Below are positions 46,901-60,925 of a DNA stretch of 64,000 nt, piece by piece. Source of the stretch: Paraglomus brasilianum (lineage: Eukaryota). Every line of letters starts with the position of its first letter. Within the stretch, counting starts at the first letter, position 1. The DNA lies in contig CAJVPI010000037.1 of NCBI GenBank assembly GCA_910592345.1, positions 1 through 64,000 of the forward strand. The letters run 5' to 3'. The position numbers and the translations under genes were made by a program. The notes beneath the pieces were generated by a model that ran no database searches, was not told the DNA's origin, and saw only the letters and a program-made list of their open reading frames with translations.

Positions 46901-48852
46901 ACGTCAACCATTAGAAATATAGGTTTCTGAGCATCTTCTAAAAGTTGATGACATTTTGACAAAAATCTTATCCATTCTGCCTGCAAATCTTCGATATACT
47001 GACTTTCGCGTATCAATCCAGTCTCAGGATCAAGTTGCCTGACAACATGTCCTGTAACATAATCTTTAACTTTATCTCTAATGTCCCTGGCATCTTGCAA
47101 TAATTGAGATTGTCTCTTGCAAAGTTGGAGATCGTTGCTTTCGGTTATGAAATTCACTAGACTCGACTGGATAATGGCTGCGGAGAATCGACCAGGAATT
47201 AACGTATACTCGAGAAATTCCTCATTGATGACTTCGGCGTTAACTGTGTCTTTTAGAAATTGGGTTGGATTGAGTCGCTCTGGTAAAGGATGTGCGACTA
47301 TCATCCAATTTTGTCTATAAGATGCGCCGTGTAAAGACATTCCACCCGCAACGCATTCTTCCGTTAGACTTTTGAAAAAGGTTATCTTCAAGTCTGTATA
47401 TGCAACTGTAGCACGCCCTGCTCTATCCCATAGAGTCCACAAAGTCCAAACTTGCGTCCCAACAGAATTGTCAAACGGAGATTCGATTTTGTTTTCATAT
47501 TTTTTTACTGCAACAATGCCCACTAATTTGACAAAGGCATGGGCACGTGCATTCTCTTTGAGATATTCATCTGCCGTACATCGTATTTGACCAATAATGT
47601 CCAGACTTTTAAGGGCACCTTTTTGTTCATAACGAACACGATACAAGACAAAAAGGCCGCTGTCAAGATAAGGTACGTACACCAGGAAATTGAATGTCCT
47701 TGGGAATTTCACCCCCCCACTAAGTATGCAAATATAACTTTTACTGTGAGGGGGCAAATCCGGCATTCTAATGTTATCGTCTCCTTGATCGGCTGTGGAT
47801 TCGTCAAAATTGGCATCGTTATTGACCGACTCATCGTCTTCGGAATCGCTATTCTCCATTACTCCTGCAGATTTCAGCGGCCTGTCGTCGAGATGTTCAC
47901 TAGTCGACAGTGAACATACTTTTATTCTTCGATCCCGAGACAGACTGACCACGAATTTGAGACTACCATCTATGTGTGAAGCCATCGAGATAGGTTGAAA
48001 TGATGAGCTATCACTATAGGAATTATCGTCTAATTCTGATTGTGATCGCTTGCCGTAGTACATCAACAAAGAACCGAGATTCTTTAGCTGTTTTATTAAC
48101 GGTTCTGCAAGTTCAGTTTCGTTGAATGTGTCTGATGGGTAGGATGAAACGATCGGTTTTAGTACTGCGTTTCAATTACTAAATACGTACAAAAGTATAT
48201 AAAACCGTATATTCTTACCTTCAATGGTGCGCGGGCTTGCTTGGCGAAGCTGTTGTGTCCGTATACTATCATAATTATAATTGAACATTGCCCCATCCTT
48301 ACAGCCTACGACAAAGTTGTTATAGTCGAGTACTGTTATTATGCATGGTTGCCGGTCTTGAAGGGTACGTAGCTTGGCATACGTGTAATAATCTCCGGTT
48401 AATCTTTTTGCTTTGAATATGTCTTTTATGGGTAAGCGAAGACGGTATAGGATGTCTTTAACTAATATGAGGCATAGCACGATTCCGACACCTTCGAAGA
48501 ACGCGACTTTTGGCACTATGGGTCCACCAAACGAGAACCGAACGGGGAAAACCGGCCCCGCCTGATCTAACGTAGGGGTTGTGTTCTCTCCGTCCGTGAG
48601 TGACATGTATCTGAGATCTAGTGCGCATCCCGCGTCCACAACTTGCCAAAAAATATATCCTTGAATGTCATTGTTTAATTTAAGTATCGATCCTTGTTCC
48701 GCTTGTTGGTAGCTGGCAGGCTCCACAGGAGCACGTGTTGTTTGCGACGAATTTGCGGTGATTGTGTATGTTATTGGGATGCTTTCTGGGCTAAAACTGT
48801 TAAGTACAAGAGGTGTCTCCTTATAGAAGCATGGATCCCGTGGTGCGGCCAT
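43967..48852 (-). CDS. NUP160: Nucleoporin Nup120/Nup160 (Y-complex), multi-exon
   Basis: It begins with YKETPL, has a beta-propeller-like region (VVSLSRDRRIKVCSL, WTLWD) and PGRFSAAIIQSSL, then a helical solenoid with YKQAAKVMYENAQR, YLAAINSL, LVVIEEIRREY, IPPWL and PWMPYTTID. Total length is ~1500 aa. Confidence 0.88.
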
Positions 48853-50619
48853 TGTGGATTTAACAGATTAGTTATTTCGGACGAAAAGGACAGGGTGTTC
48901 AGGGAGCGTAACTAGGTTTTTTTTTCGAATACGCGAATTCCTCCATCTCGGGTATATAAGCCAATTGGGACAGCCAATCGTACACAAGAATATTTACATT
49001 ATTACGAGATCACGGAACAATGAATTACAAATACATAAAATGGGAAATTTCATTCAGCAATTGGCTCGTTATAAAAACCAGGCAAAAAAATAGATCGTGA
49101 TGCTGTTCCAGCGTCGTTGGGCCAATTTATTTCACGATTTTCTGCTAAATCAGAAGAATTAAGAGTCTACACGTATTAATACAGTAGATACTGCTCATGT
49201 ATAGTTAGATACTGTCCTGACCTTGACCGGAGCTTGCTCTTTGTAAATTTTGCTCATAATATTGATTGCGTACGCTGATCATTCTTTACGCGTATGTTCG
49301 AGAACCAAGCCATTCGGTTCCTCTGTCATTCAATGATACGTAGTCGTTCTTTAATTTATCGAATTATCATTTTCCTGTAATCTTGATAATTCACGGGTTG
49401 CTCCGTGGAAGCCTGTGGAAGTTCGATCCACGTTTTGTTTTTAATTACCGTGCTGTTCCGAAACAAGCACTCCTCGAACTATAGGGTGCGGAGGTCACAA
49501 CTTTGTGTAACAGGTCAGGTGTGTAAATATGCATAGTAATAGAAACATTTAGAAGGATTGCGGGGGAGCTTATTTTCGGACTATACAGTAATTGGTTACG
49601 ACGGTTTGGGAATATTTCTTATCACGTTACCTGCAAGTTTTACTTGCTGTCCCTCGCGATAGTAATACTAGAATACTCGTTCAATTACTTTGCCGTAATT
49701 ACACGTATTTGAGAAAGTTAACATTTCTCATTGAGATTTGTTAAGCGTACTGCAATATTAATATGGCATTTTTATAGTTCAATATTAATATCATGCTTTA
49801 TTGATCCGAACCAATAAATTTGATATTAAATCTGATATTATTGAGTTTTCATGCTTGATTTTGTAACAACCAGGGAAGTCGTGTAAAAATTGAAGGTTGT
49901 GATATTAATATTAATATTGGTGTGAGTTATTGTGCGATTCTGAAGCCTTTTGTATAGGATATATAATATCTCCTAATCATGTTTTGTAACTATTCCAATT
50001 TTGCAAATTGTAACTAGACGCTCTTACTTAGTCTATAATCGAGTCGCTCTCCGTACTAGCTCCAAAGAGATTTACGTAGCACTCTGAGATAGTAGCTGTA
50101 CCCAATGCGGGAATAGCTCGTAATAATAATAATGATAATGATAATAATCTACTGTATTAGTATATATGTATATCCAATTAGCCACGCATTTACTGTTATA
50201 TTTTAAAATCCTTAAACCTCGTCTTAGTTCACACAGCGACAATAAATGTCATCATGAAACTTCAGGTCTTTCACACACAAACTTTAATGATGATGGACAT
50301 ACTAACGCCTGCGTTAAAACCTATCATTACTAATAAAACTCCACATTAATATTAAGCAAAGTCTACCAGTTTACATGAAAACGTCAGAGAATCAGGAATT
50401 ATACTGCTTGAAACCTACAGAAAGAAAGATGTGATCTCAACAGCTAATACAAAGTTGTATGCCTAAACAGACGATGAATACCTTTACGTTCTCTACTACA
50501 AACATACCAACGGCATAGCTAAAAATACTTGATGTTAACGGGATCGGCGAAATTTAAGTGTGACATTTCTATGTAACAAGCTAAAATTTGAGTGACTCCG
50601 ATAAGCATTGCATTTAAAA

Positions 50620-51678
50620 ATGTCTTCCTCTTCTGTAAATTCAGGCTTCGATAATGACATTCCCATTACTCGTCACTCCATCAAGGTTCAGGATTTACTG
50701 GATTCACCGATGGAAGACGAAATACGACATCCAAGTCGACTTTCAGAGTCACGAATAGAAACTTCGCGGAGAGTCAATAATTCGGCGCGTCTGTTTGCAA
50801 ATCCTGAAACTAAACTTCCGATGAGCGGGTCAGAGAGTGTCGAATGGATTAAACAGGATGGACTTGTTGAAGCAGTGTCCGATGTATTTCATGCCCAGGA
50901 AGAAACAGAGGATCAGGACGCGTTTGAAGACAGCGTACTCGAAGAAATTGAGGCCCAAATGCGAAACCTAGAAGAACGAACGCGATCCAAACCTTCTTAC
51001 TTTGCAGTAGCACGGCCAGGTGCTCCTGCTGGTTTTTATGGCACTGGAACCTTTACGCCACCCGAATACATATCCAAATGGTTTAATAGACCAAAGGTAA
51101 ATCCTGCATCCACCGAAGAGAGGAAACAATCGAAACCGAGAGGAAGACAAAGGAAAGCACCTGGTGAGCCAAGAAAACGAGCCGAAAAAGGGAAAGGTCG
51201 TCAAACTGAAGATGGTCCAGATGGAGTAAAGAAACAAGTGAGAAAGAAAGCTGTAAATGCCGAACCTAAACCCAGGAAACGAGCACGAGTAAACAAGGAC
51301 ACTGATACCAAGATCGCTAAACCTCGAAAACACGTTTCCGTAACAGAATCCTTTGGAGATCCCAAGGATGGAGATACTGGTAACCATTCCCATCGTCCCT
51401 TATCAATTAAAGCGCAGATTAAGCAAAGGTTATTGGACCGTAAACGACGGAAAGAAAGAGAAAAGGCAAATGGCAAAGAAGGGTCAAGTGCAGCTAGTTC
51501 TGCATCCTCACGACCGAGTACACCACGGAAGAAATTAAAAGACGTAACTGGATTATCATCATCCATTAGTTCATTAACGTCTTCGCCTAGTTCATCGGAT
51601 ATAGAAGATTCACCTATAGGACACCCTGGTGGAAGTCAATCAGACTTTCTCAACAATAATAACAATACTACTAGCTGA
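50620..51678 (+). CDS. Hypothetical Lys/Arg/Ser-rich, probably disordered nuclear protein
   Basis: An uninterrupted ~352-codon ORF from the ATG at 50620 in AT-rich DNA, with multiple NLS-like clusters (KPRKRARV, DRKRRKER, PRKKLK) and no recognisable domain. Confidence 0.65.
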   Translation: MSSSSVNSGFDNDIPITRHSIKVQDLLDSPMEDEIRHPSRLSESRIETSRRVNNSARLFANPETKLPMSGSESVEWIKQDGLVEAVSDVFHAQEETEDQDAFEDSVLEEIEAQMRNLEERTRSKPSYFAVARPGAPAGFYGTGTFTPPEYISKWFNRPKVNPASTEERKQSKPRGRQRKAPGEPRKRAEKGKGRQTEDGPDGVKKQVRKKAVNAEPKPRKRARVNKDTDTKIAKPRKHVSVTESFGDPKDGDTGNHSHRPLSIKAQIKQRLLDRKRRKEREKANGKEGSSAASSASSRPSTPRKKLKDVTGLSSSISSLTSSPSSSDIEDSPIGHPGGSQSDFLNNNNNTTS

Positions 51679-53221
51679 TTGGCGCAAGTGGATATATATT
51701 ATCAATTGCTACTATGACATAAGCCTTGGCTTTAGAATGAATTGCTAGATTTTTTATTTCCATGATTGCTCTGATGCTTCGAACGAATCCTTCAACATGT
51801 AAATAATTAAGAAGTTTGTAAATAAGTAATAAATAAAGAGAAAGGCGATAATGCAAATGCATTTACGTCGACCAAAACAACCCCGTCACTCAGTCAAATG
51901 ATGCAAGCATCAGCGCTGGATGCCGAGAAGAACTGGATATATTAGCTTAACTGAATAAGACAAGTGCTACTGATCTCATTTCAGTAACTCTTGACAGCAG
52001 GTAATAACAGTCGTTGTCATAAGATTTATTATAGAGTGTTTGCACCTTTGCTAACAAAACTCTATTTTATTATATCTACAGCCACCACATTTTAACAAAA
52101 GCGTGCATGACGTTCTCTTGCTTTGGCATAACGACACTTTATCAGTGGGGACTGTCAAACCAGCTCCAAGATACCGAATAAGGTTTTCTCGTACGTAATC
52201 ATTGCATCAAGACATTACTCTAATCAATATAATATCTTTATCGTTTAATGGAAGAGTTTCGGTGTTGGATATGACAGGAAAGACTGTCTTTATATCAATT
52301 ACGAATAGAATTGCACAATAAAACGGTTTCGTTTGTTTTTATCTTTTAACATGTCATTATTCGCGATCCCATTAGCCTTTTCTTTGTTATGAGGCGAACT
52401 TCTGTGCGAGACCATCACTGTATTAGACTGTATATACGCAGTATTACTTTTCCCACGTACTCTCCGTTTCATCGAGACTTTTTCGACATCACGGATTGCG
52501 CGATCCAGTTAACTAGGCTAATGCCGTCCTTTATCCGACAAACGTCCAAATCCTATGATTTGCTCCAAACAGCCTGCCGAACTGCTAATAGAAGACGTTA
52601 AAGCACGAACAAAATAACCATAGACAGCCCTCTCTTCACGAACCAGATATTCAATGGTATTCTTCAAGCTTTTCTCGGAATATTTTAATTTCAGTTGACT
52701 TGATTGTAAACCCATTGACTTCAAAGGTATCGCACACCAATCTTTTCTGATACTTTTTTGCGCCTTTCAGGTTGATAGTTTAACAGTAGGTGTTTCTTGA
52801 ACCTAAATAGAGAGTATACAAAGTCAAGCTGAGTTTCTCCGTTATTAATACAAGACTAGTTAGCTGATCAAGGGTTGACAAGAACCAAATATCAAAATGT
52901 GTTCCGAATTAATATCTATATTGCAAAGATACGAACGACAAAACTGACAATGATTGGAAATGGTTATGTTCTAGCGCACTTACTAAAAACAATCGATTGG
53001 GGATGTGAGACGAAAGATAAACATCCAAAGTCAGATATACTCGCTGGAAGCAAAGAATACAGGAAGGCACAGAAAGTTTCTATATATAAATACTTTAGTA
53101 GTATATATTCTTGACATAAAAGTGCACACAGGTATATCCCTACTTACAGCTTATAAGCGCCGAACTCAAAATAAATACTGCGACAAAAAGAATCAACGGA
53201 CGAAATAGTTAAAAAAATTCA

Positions 53222-55459
53222 TTACTTATCGATAAACCCATCTCTTACAACACAAATATTATTATTAACGCTTGAAGCTCTATCAATATTTGCTATCACC
53301 GGCTTTCCATTCCTATTATCATCAACAATAACAGCTTCTCCCTCAAGCCACTCTAAAATTCCAGAACCCATACTCTCAATCTCTTCAACAAGTTCGTCTA
53401 GATGAGCCTCGTTAACAGAAGGGGCATTTACAACTACCCTAAAGAACAAAGGCAACTCTAAACGTCCTAGTGTCAAAGGAGCGTAATCAAATAGAAACTT
53501 GCCCCTTTGCACTATTCTTCGATGAATTTCCTTTGTAATCTCAGACAGTTTTGTCTTATACTGATTGTAATCTCTCTTTTCGAGTTCCGCAGGTAATCCC
53601 TCGGGTATGTACCAAAAACATATCTGAAGACTAGGTGGCTCTATGATTAGTTGGAATCGCGGATGATTGGATACTAGTTTAGCAAGGTACTTTGCCATCT
53701 TTAATGCATGCTCGATGCGTGCTCCATAGCCTCTAATTCCGAAAACCTTCCATCCTAGAAAGAATTTCACAGAATCCGATCTTCTACCGCAGCCAACTGT
53801 GCCGTTTCCCAAGTCATACTCGTTTCCATGGAACAGGTATCCGGCACCCAGACTATTTGAACGAGCAAAAATGCGATGATCACGAGCTAATAGAAAGGAA
53901 CATTGTTGAGGTGCACCGAGCATCTTGTGAGGATTCAGAGTGAATGTGTCGGCCTGCAAATAGACGATTCATTGCAAAAGGACATTAGTATCTCCCCGGT
54001 TTAGCTTCATTCTATTCAGGATAGACACCAAGTTAATATCAACGTCAACGGCAATTGTCAAAATTAAAGGAAATATGTTGGTACCATTTCGCTGCCGTCT
54101 ACCAAGTGCTTTTTGTTCTCGGAAAATATCAGACTACCGCCCCAGGAGCCGTCTATATGATACCATATATTATATCGCTTTGCTATTTCTCCAATAGAGC
54201 GTAATGGATCAAATGCACCCTGAAGAACCGGAAGGGACGAGGGAAAAGAGTGTTTGCTAGTGAATACAGGAGAAAGAACATATAAAAAGAAACCGTATTG
54301 TCACATACAAGCACCGTGGTTCCAGCGGTAGCATTTATGAAAAATGGTGTCTCTTCTAAACTGATCGATCGATTTATCAACCGCACTAAAGACCACCAAA
54401 AGGATTCAATTGGAGCGAAAGGTTACGTTTCGACAATCACACACTTGAATGATTTACATACCCAGATCGTCTATCCTCATTCTACCCTCATCATCGCATG
54501 GAACTTTGACAACATTGTCAGAACCTAATCCGAGAGCCATTGCAGTCTTGACAATTGAATAATGGCCAGCCGAAGATGTGTAAACTATTAACTTTTTGCC
54601 AAACTGATTATATCCTTGTGCTTTGATTTCTGGGAACATATGGTTACGTGCTGTTATCATTGCCAATTGGTTGGAGAATGATCCACCAGCGCAAGTAATT
54701 CCTCCGCTGTTCTGATAAATGACAAAAGAAAAGTAAATTTAAAGAATCGAGGGCTAGAATCGGAAAATCACAAATCCTATTGACAGTCACTGTCTTGACG
54801 TTTGTTTCGAATTCCGCAATGACATAAAAATTGTACCTCTCCTAAACCCAGCATCTTTGCCAACCTTGCAGAGACTGCATACTCCATCAGAGTGAGCACA
54901 GGAGATACATGATACACATGCGAATTAGCATTAAGTAACGCGATCAACATCTCTGATATGACTCCAACAGGATTGGTTCCAGCATATAGCTTATCCATGA
55001 ACCGCGGATTCCAGGTGTTTACACTGTAACGCAACACAGTTTGCAACAATGGCATGAGGCCTGATGTTGTTGAGTAATTTGGACAAGAGATGTTGCAACA
55101 AGACGCAAAAGGAATTCTTGACAATAATTACCATCGATTCCGATGCCTTCCTCGGATAACTCGAGATCCACCAGTTTTTTCAATTCTTCAGGAGATTTGT
55201 AGTCAACTACTAAAGCGCCGGGTTTTCTACTATTGTCTACATCTATATAATAAACCAAATTAGAACAAGGACGCCGTGTTTTCTGATCTATTAGCGATAA
55301 ACCGGGAAAGAGTCAAAGTATCGTACGTTCGACCATAAGGTCTTTCATTGTCGAGACCAAAGCATCAAGTTCTGTAGCATCTTGACAGAGGATGGGTTTC
55401 TCATGCAATTCCTGGGAAGTGCAGCAAACACGAGGAAAATTGGCCGAATTCTCTTGCAT
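53222..55459 (-). CDS. Group II PLP-dependent decarboxylase (GAD/CSAD/aspartate decarboxylase-like)
   Basis: Motifs YSVNTWNPRFMDKLYAG, HVYHVSPVLTLME, GGSFSNQLAM, HYSIVKTA, NATAGTTVLGAFDP, HIDGSWGG, TLNPHKML (PLP lysine) and CGRRSDSVKF are present. Confidence 0.93.
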
Positions 55460-56314
55460 ATTGCGTTCTTACACTTATGCTTGAGCGTTAAAAATTTTTT
55501 TTTTAGGTAACCAACTTAGGTTATCGTTATATTAACACGATATATATGGTAGGCAGAACACCATAAATGGAACTAACGTATTTTAATCGGCATGTGAAAC
55601 TCATGCAGGGTGGTTGACGGATTTTAATATTACATGACATCGTGACCTGTATTTCCATTCTTGGTGCGAGTTTCTTTAACTACGGATATGTGATGTTCAA
55701 TTGTAGAGGAAGGGGGATTTTTCTATAGGGAATGATATGTCAACATTGAGGATTTGAAGAATCTAGTCTCTGGTTGGCGCATCAATGAAATCAGGGAGAT
55801 TTTTATTCTATTATTGAAAACGTTGCCTGCGTCACTATTTGTCAATATTCCATGGACACACTGACAGTTGTTAAGGAAATTCTTAATCATAGACGATACT
55901 GGAAACAAACCGCTTTTAGCTTTCCGATTCGCTAGAGTCCACTAGCAAGCAATCATTAGCTCGATCAATTCTTTCTATGGACCTTTGAACGAAAGCTTGC
56001 TACATTGATACAATCTCAATTTCAAGCTCATGTCACTTTCCGTGATCAAAGTTCACGTTTCCCTATTTAAGCAGAGGCTTGTAAAAATGAATCCCATAAC
56101 TTTAATAAGAAATAAGACGTCGTATTACTGATACTTTGTACATTGTTACATTACATTTGTTAAGTTAACCGCCAGTATCCATTTAAACTGTTCATAGTCT
56201 TGTGGTCATAGAGACATTGACAGTAAATGACAACAGCAACAAGAAAATTGCTATAGCTATTATAGCTATTAATTAATTCATCCATACAGCTTGCCGCACG
56301 TTGTAAGAGCATTG

Positions 56315-58878
56315 TCATTTGTATCGCCATATGTTGTCAGATACTTTAACGACATCAACCATTTCCTTCACATCATGAACCCTCAATAAGTCAGCACCTC
56401 CAGAAATACAAGCAGTACAAGCAGCAGCAGTACCCATTACACGCGTCTCGGCGTCTGGTTTTTGAGTAACTGTTCCAATAAAGGTCTTCCTTGATGGTCC
56501 AACTAGACAAGGAAATCCCTCAAAAGGGCTATTTTCTCCTGTTATATCACGTAAACGACGCAATATTTCAAAATTTTGCTGCGCATTTTTAGCAAACCCA
56601 ATACCTGGATCAATGATAATATTCCATCTCTTAACTCCTGCGCGAATCGCTCGTTCAACACGTTCACAGAGTTCATAACAGATATCTTCTATAAGATCAT
56701 CATATTGGGTCAATTCCCTCATGGTCTTTGGTGTTCCTCGAGTATGTTGAATACAAACAGGAACGTCCATACGTGCCATGACATCGTACATCCGAGGATC
56801 CATCAGGCCGCCAGATATATCATTAATCATATCTGCTCCAGCAGCAATAGCAGCTTCGGCAACCGCTGCACGGAAGGTATCAATGGAAATAATCATATCC
56901 TTGTGTCCTTTTTCACGTATAGCCCGAATGACAGGGATAACCCGTTTTAATTCTTCATCCACTTGTACCTCGTCAGCATTCGGGCGCGTAGAATACCCAC
57001 CAATATCAATTATATCTGCTCCATCCAACGCAAGTTTCTCTGCATGAGCAATAGCAGTCTCAACAGTATTGAACAATCCGCCATCACTAAAACTGTCGGG
57101 TGTAACATTTAGCACACCCATAATAAATGTCTTATTACCCCAGGACCATTTGCTGTTTCTAATCGGCATGAACTTTTGCACCCCGTCTTCATTTGCCTCG
57201 TAATCAGGCGAGCCTACAAGCTGCGAGAGAAGTTGGTTACAAGTTCTGAATAATATTGGATGTTCAATGTCCCGAGCAATGCTATATGCAACAAAAAATT
57301 GTCAAATATGTCGACATCTATGGAAGAGGATTACACTCGAAATAAGAATCATTAATAAGCTTACTCGTTCAATGGACGCAATACAAATTCGCGCTCACTT
57401 ATACGAGGATGTGGAATAGTCAATGTTTCCGAGGTGTACTCGATGTTATCATAAAAGAGTATGTCAAGATCGATTATACGCGGACCATTTCTTATTAATT
57501 CGACGCTGGACCGACCCATATCTCTCTCTATAGATTTCAGCCACTTAAGTAAACCCTCTGCGGACAGGCTTGTTGTTACCTGGTAAGATAATGTATGCAA
57601 TTCTTGTAAGACGACAAAGGCTTCTTGAAGATAAAGCGTTAGCGTATTGCGATTGTATTAAAAGTAATTCCTACGATAGAAAACAATGTCATGTGGGCTT
57701 TACCTTACATGCCGCGTTTACGAATCTGGGCTGATCTACATTATACATGGGCGAAGTATCATACAAAAATGAGGTATCTAGTACTTTACAGTTGTTGTCC
57801 TTCTCCAATAGTTGCAAGCTCTCCTTAATATTTGCTATACTATCACCTATATTAGATCCAAGGGCAAGAAAGGCGATGTGACCATCTTCCTCTGATAGCT
57901 TAGCATCATCAACAGAAACAGTGCAAGCAGACGCTCCATCGACTCTTTTCTTTAATTCAAAGCTTGCGCGATTCAGATACGGTAATACGAGATGTCGCAT
58001 CTTGTCTTCTAGCGAAAATGTAGTTCGGGTAATCTCTACTCCTGCAGAGCTAGCAAAAGTTATTGCATTAGGTTTCTCAACACGAACGGTTATCTTGTTA
58101 ACATGGCATTCTGTCAAGGCTATATGTGCAGCTGCCGTGGTGCATGCCTCAATTGTCAAGTATTTAGACTCCTCAACGTGCTAAGTTCATTATAAATAAA
58201 TTCACTGTCAATAATGTGTTAGCGTTCTTCTCGAGCATAAATTCATCCTGATGATTTTTTACATTTTACCTGCGATATTTTTCGCGCGACCGTCTGATAG
58301 TCATATGGATTCGCGGTACCATCATTCTGGAGCGATTTCACACGAAATTGAGGATAAATTGTCAAGTTTAACACGACAACCTGCTTTTCCTCACGTTCCC
58401 ATGGTCTCACACCTATTATCGTACTAAGCCTCAAGTCTTTCACAAACACAGTGTCATGATTCCTATGGATAGAGACGGGTAGCGCATCCAAATTGAAACC
58501 AAGGGAAACATAATCCTCGGCACTTCGAGTTATTTCTACACCAGCTAACGCAGCATGAAGCAATGCTTGTAGTTTCTCGACGCGAACAGTAACTTTCGGA
58601 GCGTTGCAATCCTTAATGGATATCTTAGCAATACCTTCAGCTAATGCTTCAGCTGATTCATGAGATGTTTTTTCAGCAAATGCAGTGACCTCTTTACATA
58701 CAGTAGAATAATTGATTGAAAATGGTAGACGATCAGTCTGACCAGCTTGACTAATATCCTTGTACAAAGCCAGATTAATAGTGACAGATTGCTTTTTTAC
58801 ACGTCCCCAATAATCAGCCCCCAGTATAGTCCGTACGATCAAATCCTTAATTATTATCTTGTCATGCGAGGAATCCAT
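56315..58878 (-). CDS. FOL1: Trifunctional folate synthesis protein (tandem DHNA - HPPK - DHPS)
   Basis: Two FolB-like repeats (DKIIIKDL, DTVFVKDLRLSTIIGV) are followed by HPPK motifs (ALGSNIGD, GPRIIDLDIL, IPHPRISEREFVLRPL) and DHPS motifs (MGVLNVTPDSFSDGG, IDPGIGFAK, GPSRKTF, LRVHDV). Confidence 0.97.
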
Positions 58879-59262
58879 GTTTGCTCAAAACGCGATTATC
58901 TATTATCGTTTAAAATTTTTTAATCGGTTGATGGGTGGTACAACCTGACAGGTGTTACAACGACTATTACTACCAAAACTAGGAACTTCAGCAGATCAAC
59001 AAATATACGCCATGTCATCCAGAGAGGCATATTTGAATGTATCAACCCTTTTCGAAATCAGGTGCCTACCATCTCGATAGGATTGAACAACCATTTTCTG
59101 TTGGTAACCCGTAGTCGCAAATGATGCCCTTCAATCATTTTGTTCAACGAATAGTTCCATAAATAAGCACCTTATATGTACTGCGAACGGATGCTCTTTG
59201 AACGTTGTGTTACAGGAAACGTCATCATTTTATATTAATATATTAATATTGGTTGTTGCGCC

Positions 59263-60441
59263 ATGTATTTTCCGTGTCAAGCAATTATTATGGATTCGTC
59301 AACTTCGAAAGCTGTCAGACCGACAATAGAACGCAAAAGGGCACGCAAAGCTCTGCAGCATAGACAACCATACTTTTGTGGTAACTACCACGGATACTAT
59401 AATAAACGAAAGAAGACAGCGACAAACGACGATTCACGGCTTGCTCTGTTTAAGAGAGATTGGCTTGAAGGAAGGAATATATTGGATATTGGATGTAATT
59501 CGGGCGATTTGACTATCGCCATTGGTAAGTATTTAGAAATTGCGTGAATTAGGTATCTTGTTTGTATAAAGCATTAGTTGACATCCACTTGTTTGACTAG
59601 CCAGGAAGTTTCAACCCAAGACGACATTGGGAATAGATATTGATCCTGTATTGATTAGAAGAGCAAACGAGAGAATAAAAAAAGATGTAGAGACGAAGGA
59701 TTATGAAAACATTAGATTTGAGACTGAAGACTGGATGGCTGAGACAGATGTGGGACAGAAGTTTGATACTATATGTCTGTGAGTTATTAAGTTATTGTAA
59801 AAACATGGTTAGATCATTAAGAACCGTTGATATGCATAATTCTAACTATCCTATTTCGCTATCGATCTCATTATCTAGTCGTTGTTTAATTACTACTGGC
59901 ATTAGCATCTAATTCCATCCAACTATTTGATCTTTTGATGTCATTGCAATCAAAATTAGTTTTTCTGTTTCAAAGTGGATTCACCTACATCATGGAGATG
60001 AAGGAATTAAACGATGCTTCCGCAAAATATACGAATGTCTGAACGACAATGGGATATTTCTATTCGAACCGCAGGAATACAAGTCTTATAAGAAATACAA
60101 GAAAATATCAGAGGTAGGAGAAGAAAATAGTAAAATAAAGGGTGCATACATTGAAGCATATGCACTCATATCCCTTTATTCGCATTCTTGATTTTAGACA
60201 ACGTTGGAAAATTACAATAACATCAAATTTAGACCAGAACATTTTCACAAGTATCTAATGAATGAGCTTGGATTTCGGATATTTCAGAAACTAGGACGTA
60301 GTGAGTCGTCAACAGAAGGTAAGAACACTTGTGTTCCTGATGAATAAGACATGTATGTGTCGGGGACAATATATAGAATTGATGAATGATATGTTTGTGT
60401 TTATAGGATTTAAACGTCTGATTTATATGTATAGGAAATGA
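59263..60441 (+). CDS. Bin3/MEPCE-family RNA 5'-gamma-phosphate methyltransferase (Bmc1-like)
   Basis: Five exons give GNYHGYY, ILDIGCNSGDLT, LGIDIDPVLI, FSVSKWIHLHHGDEGIKRCF, FEPQEYKSY, IKFRPEHF and GFKRLIYMYRK-stop. The start may be the Met at 59290. Confidence 0.93.
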
Positions 60442-60925
60442 TTCCAGTATAAGTCACGTAGGAATAAAAAACAATAAATAAAACGAAAGGTTCCAACCTA
60501 CAGCACGAAATATCGTATTAGTATAATTTTAGTGTAAGGCAGTAGTTGGAATAAGCTATGAAAACAATCAAATTTAATTAGACAAACGCGAATTTTTGCG
60601 TATGGATTATCATTGGTCACATTCTGCATTCTGCATATAGTTACATTGTGAAAAAGTCTAGAAAGTTCCTAATAATACGTTATTAATTAAGCCAACTGAT
60701 CAGCGTTGGTATTACTATCGCGAGGAACTTTTATTCGCAGCGACAGCGTTGGTATTACAAGTGGCTCGCGATATAAGAAAGTGATCGGGACATAGTAAAA
60801 AATCTTAGAATCTTTCTTATACCGAGAGTTTATTAGAATCTTTCTTATATAGAGATAGTTTCATATAGACTATTTTTTAGATCAACTTTCTTATATCAAA
60901 TTTTAATTAGTGTTTCTTCTTTTCA

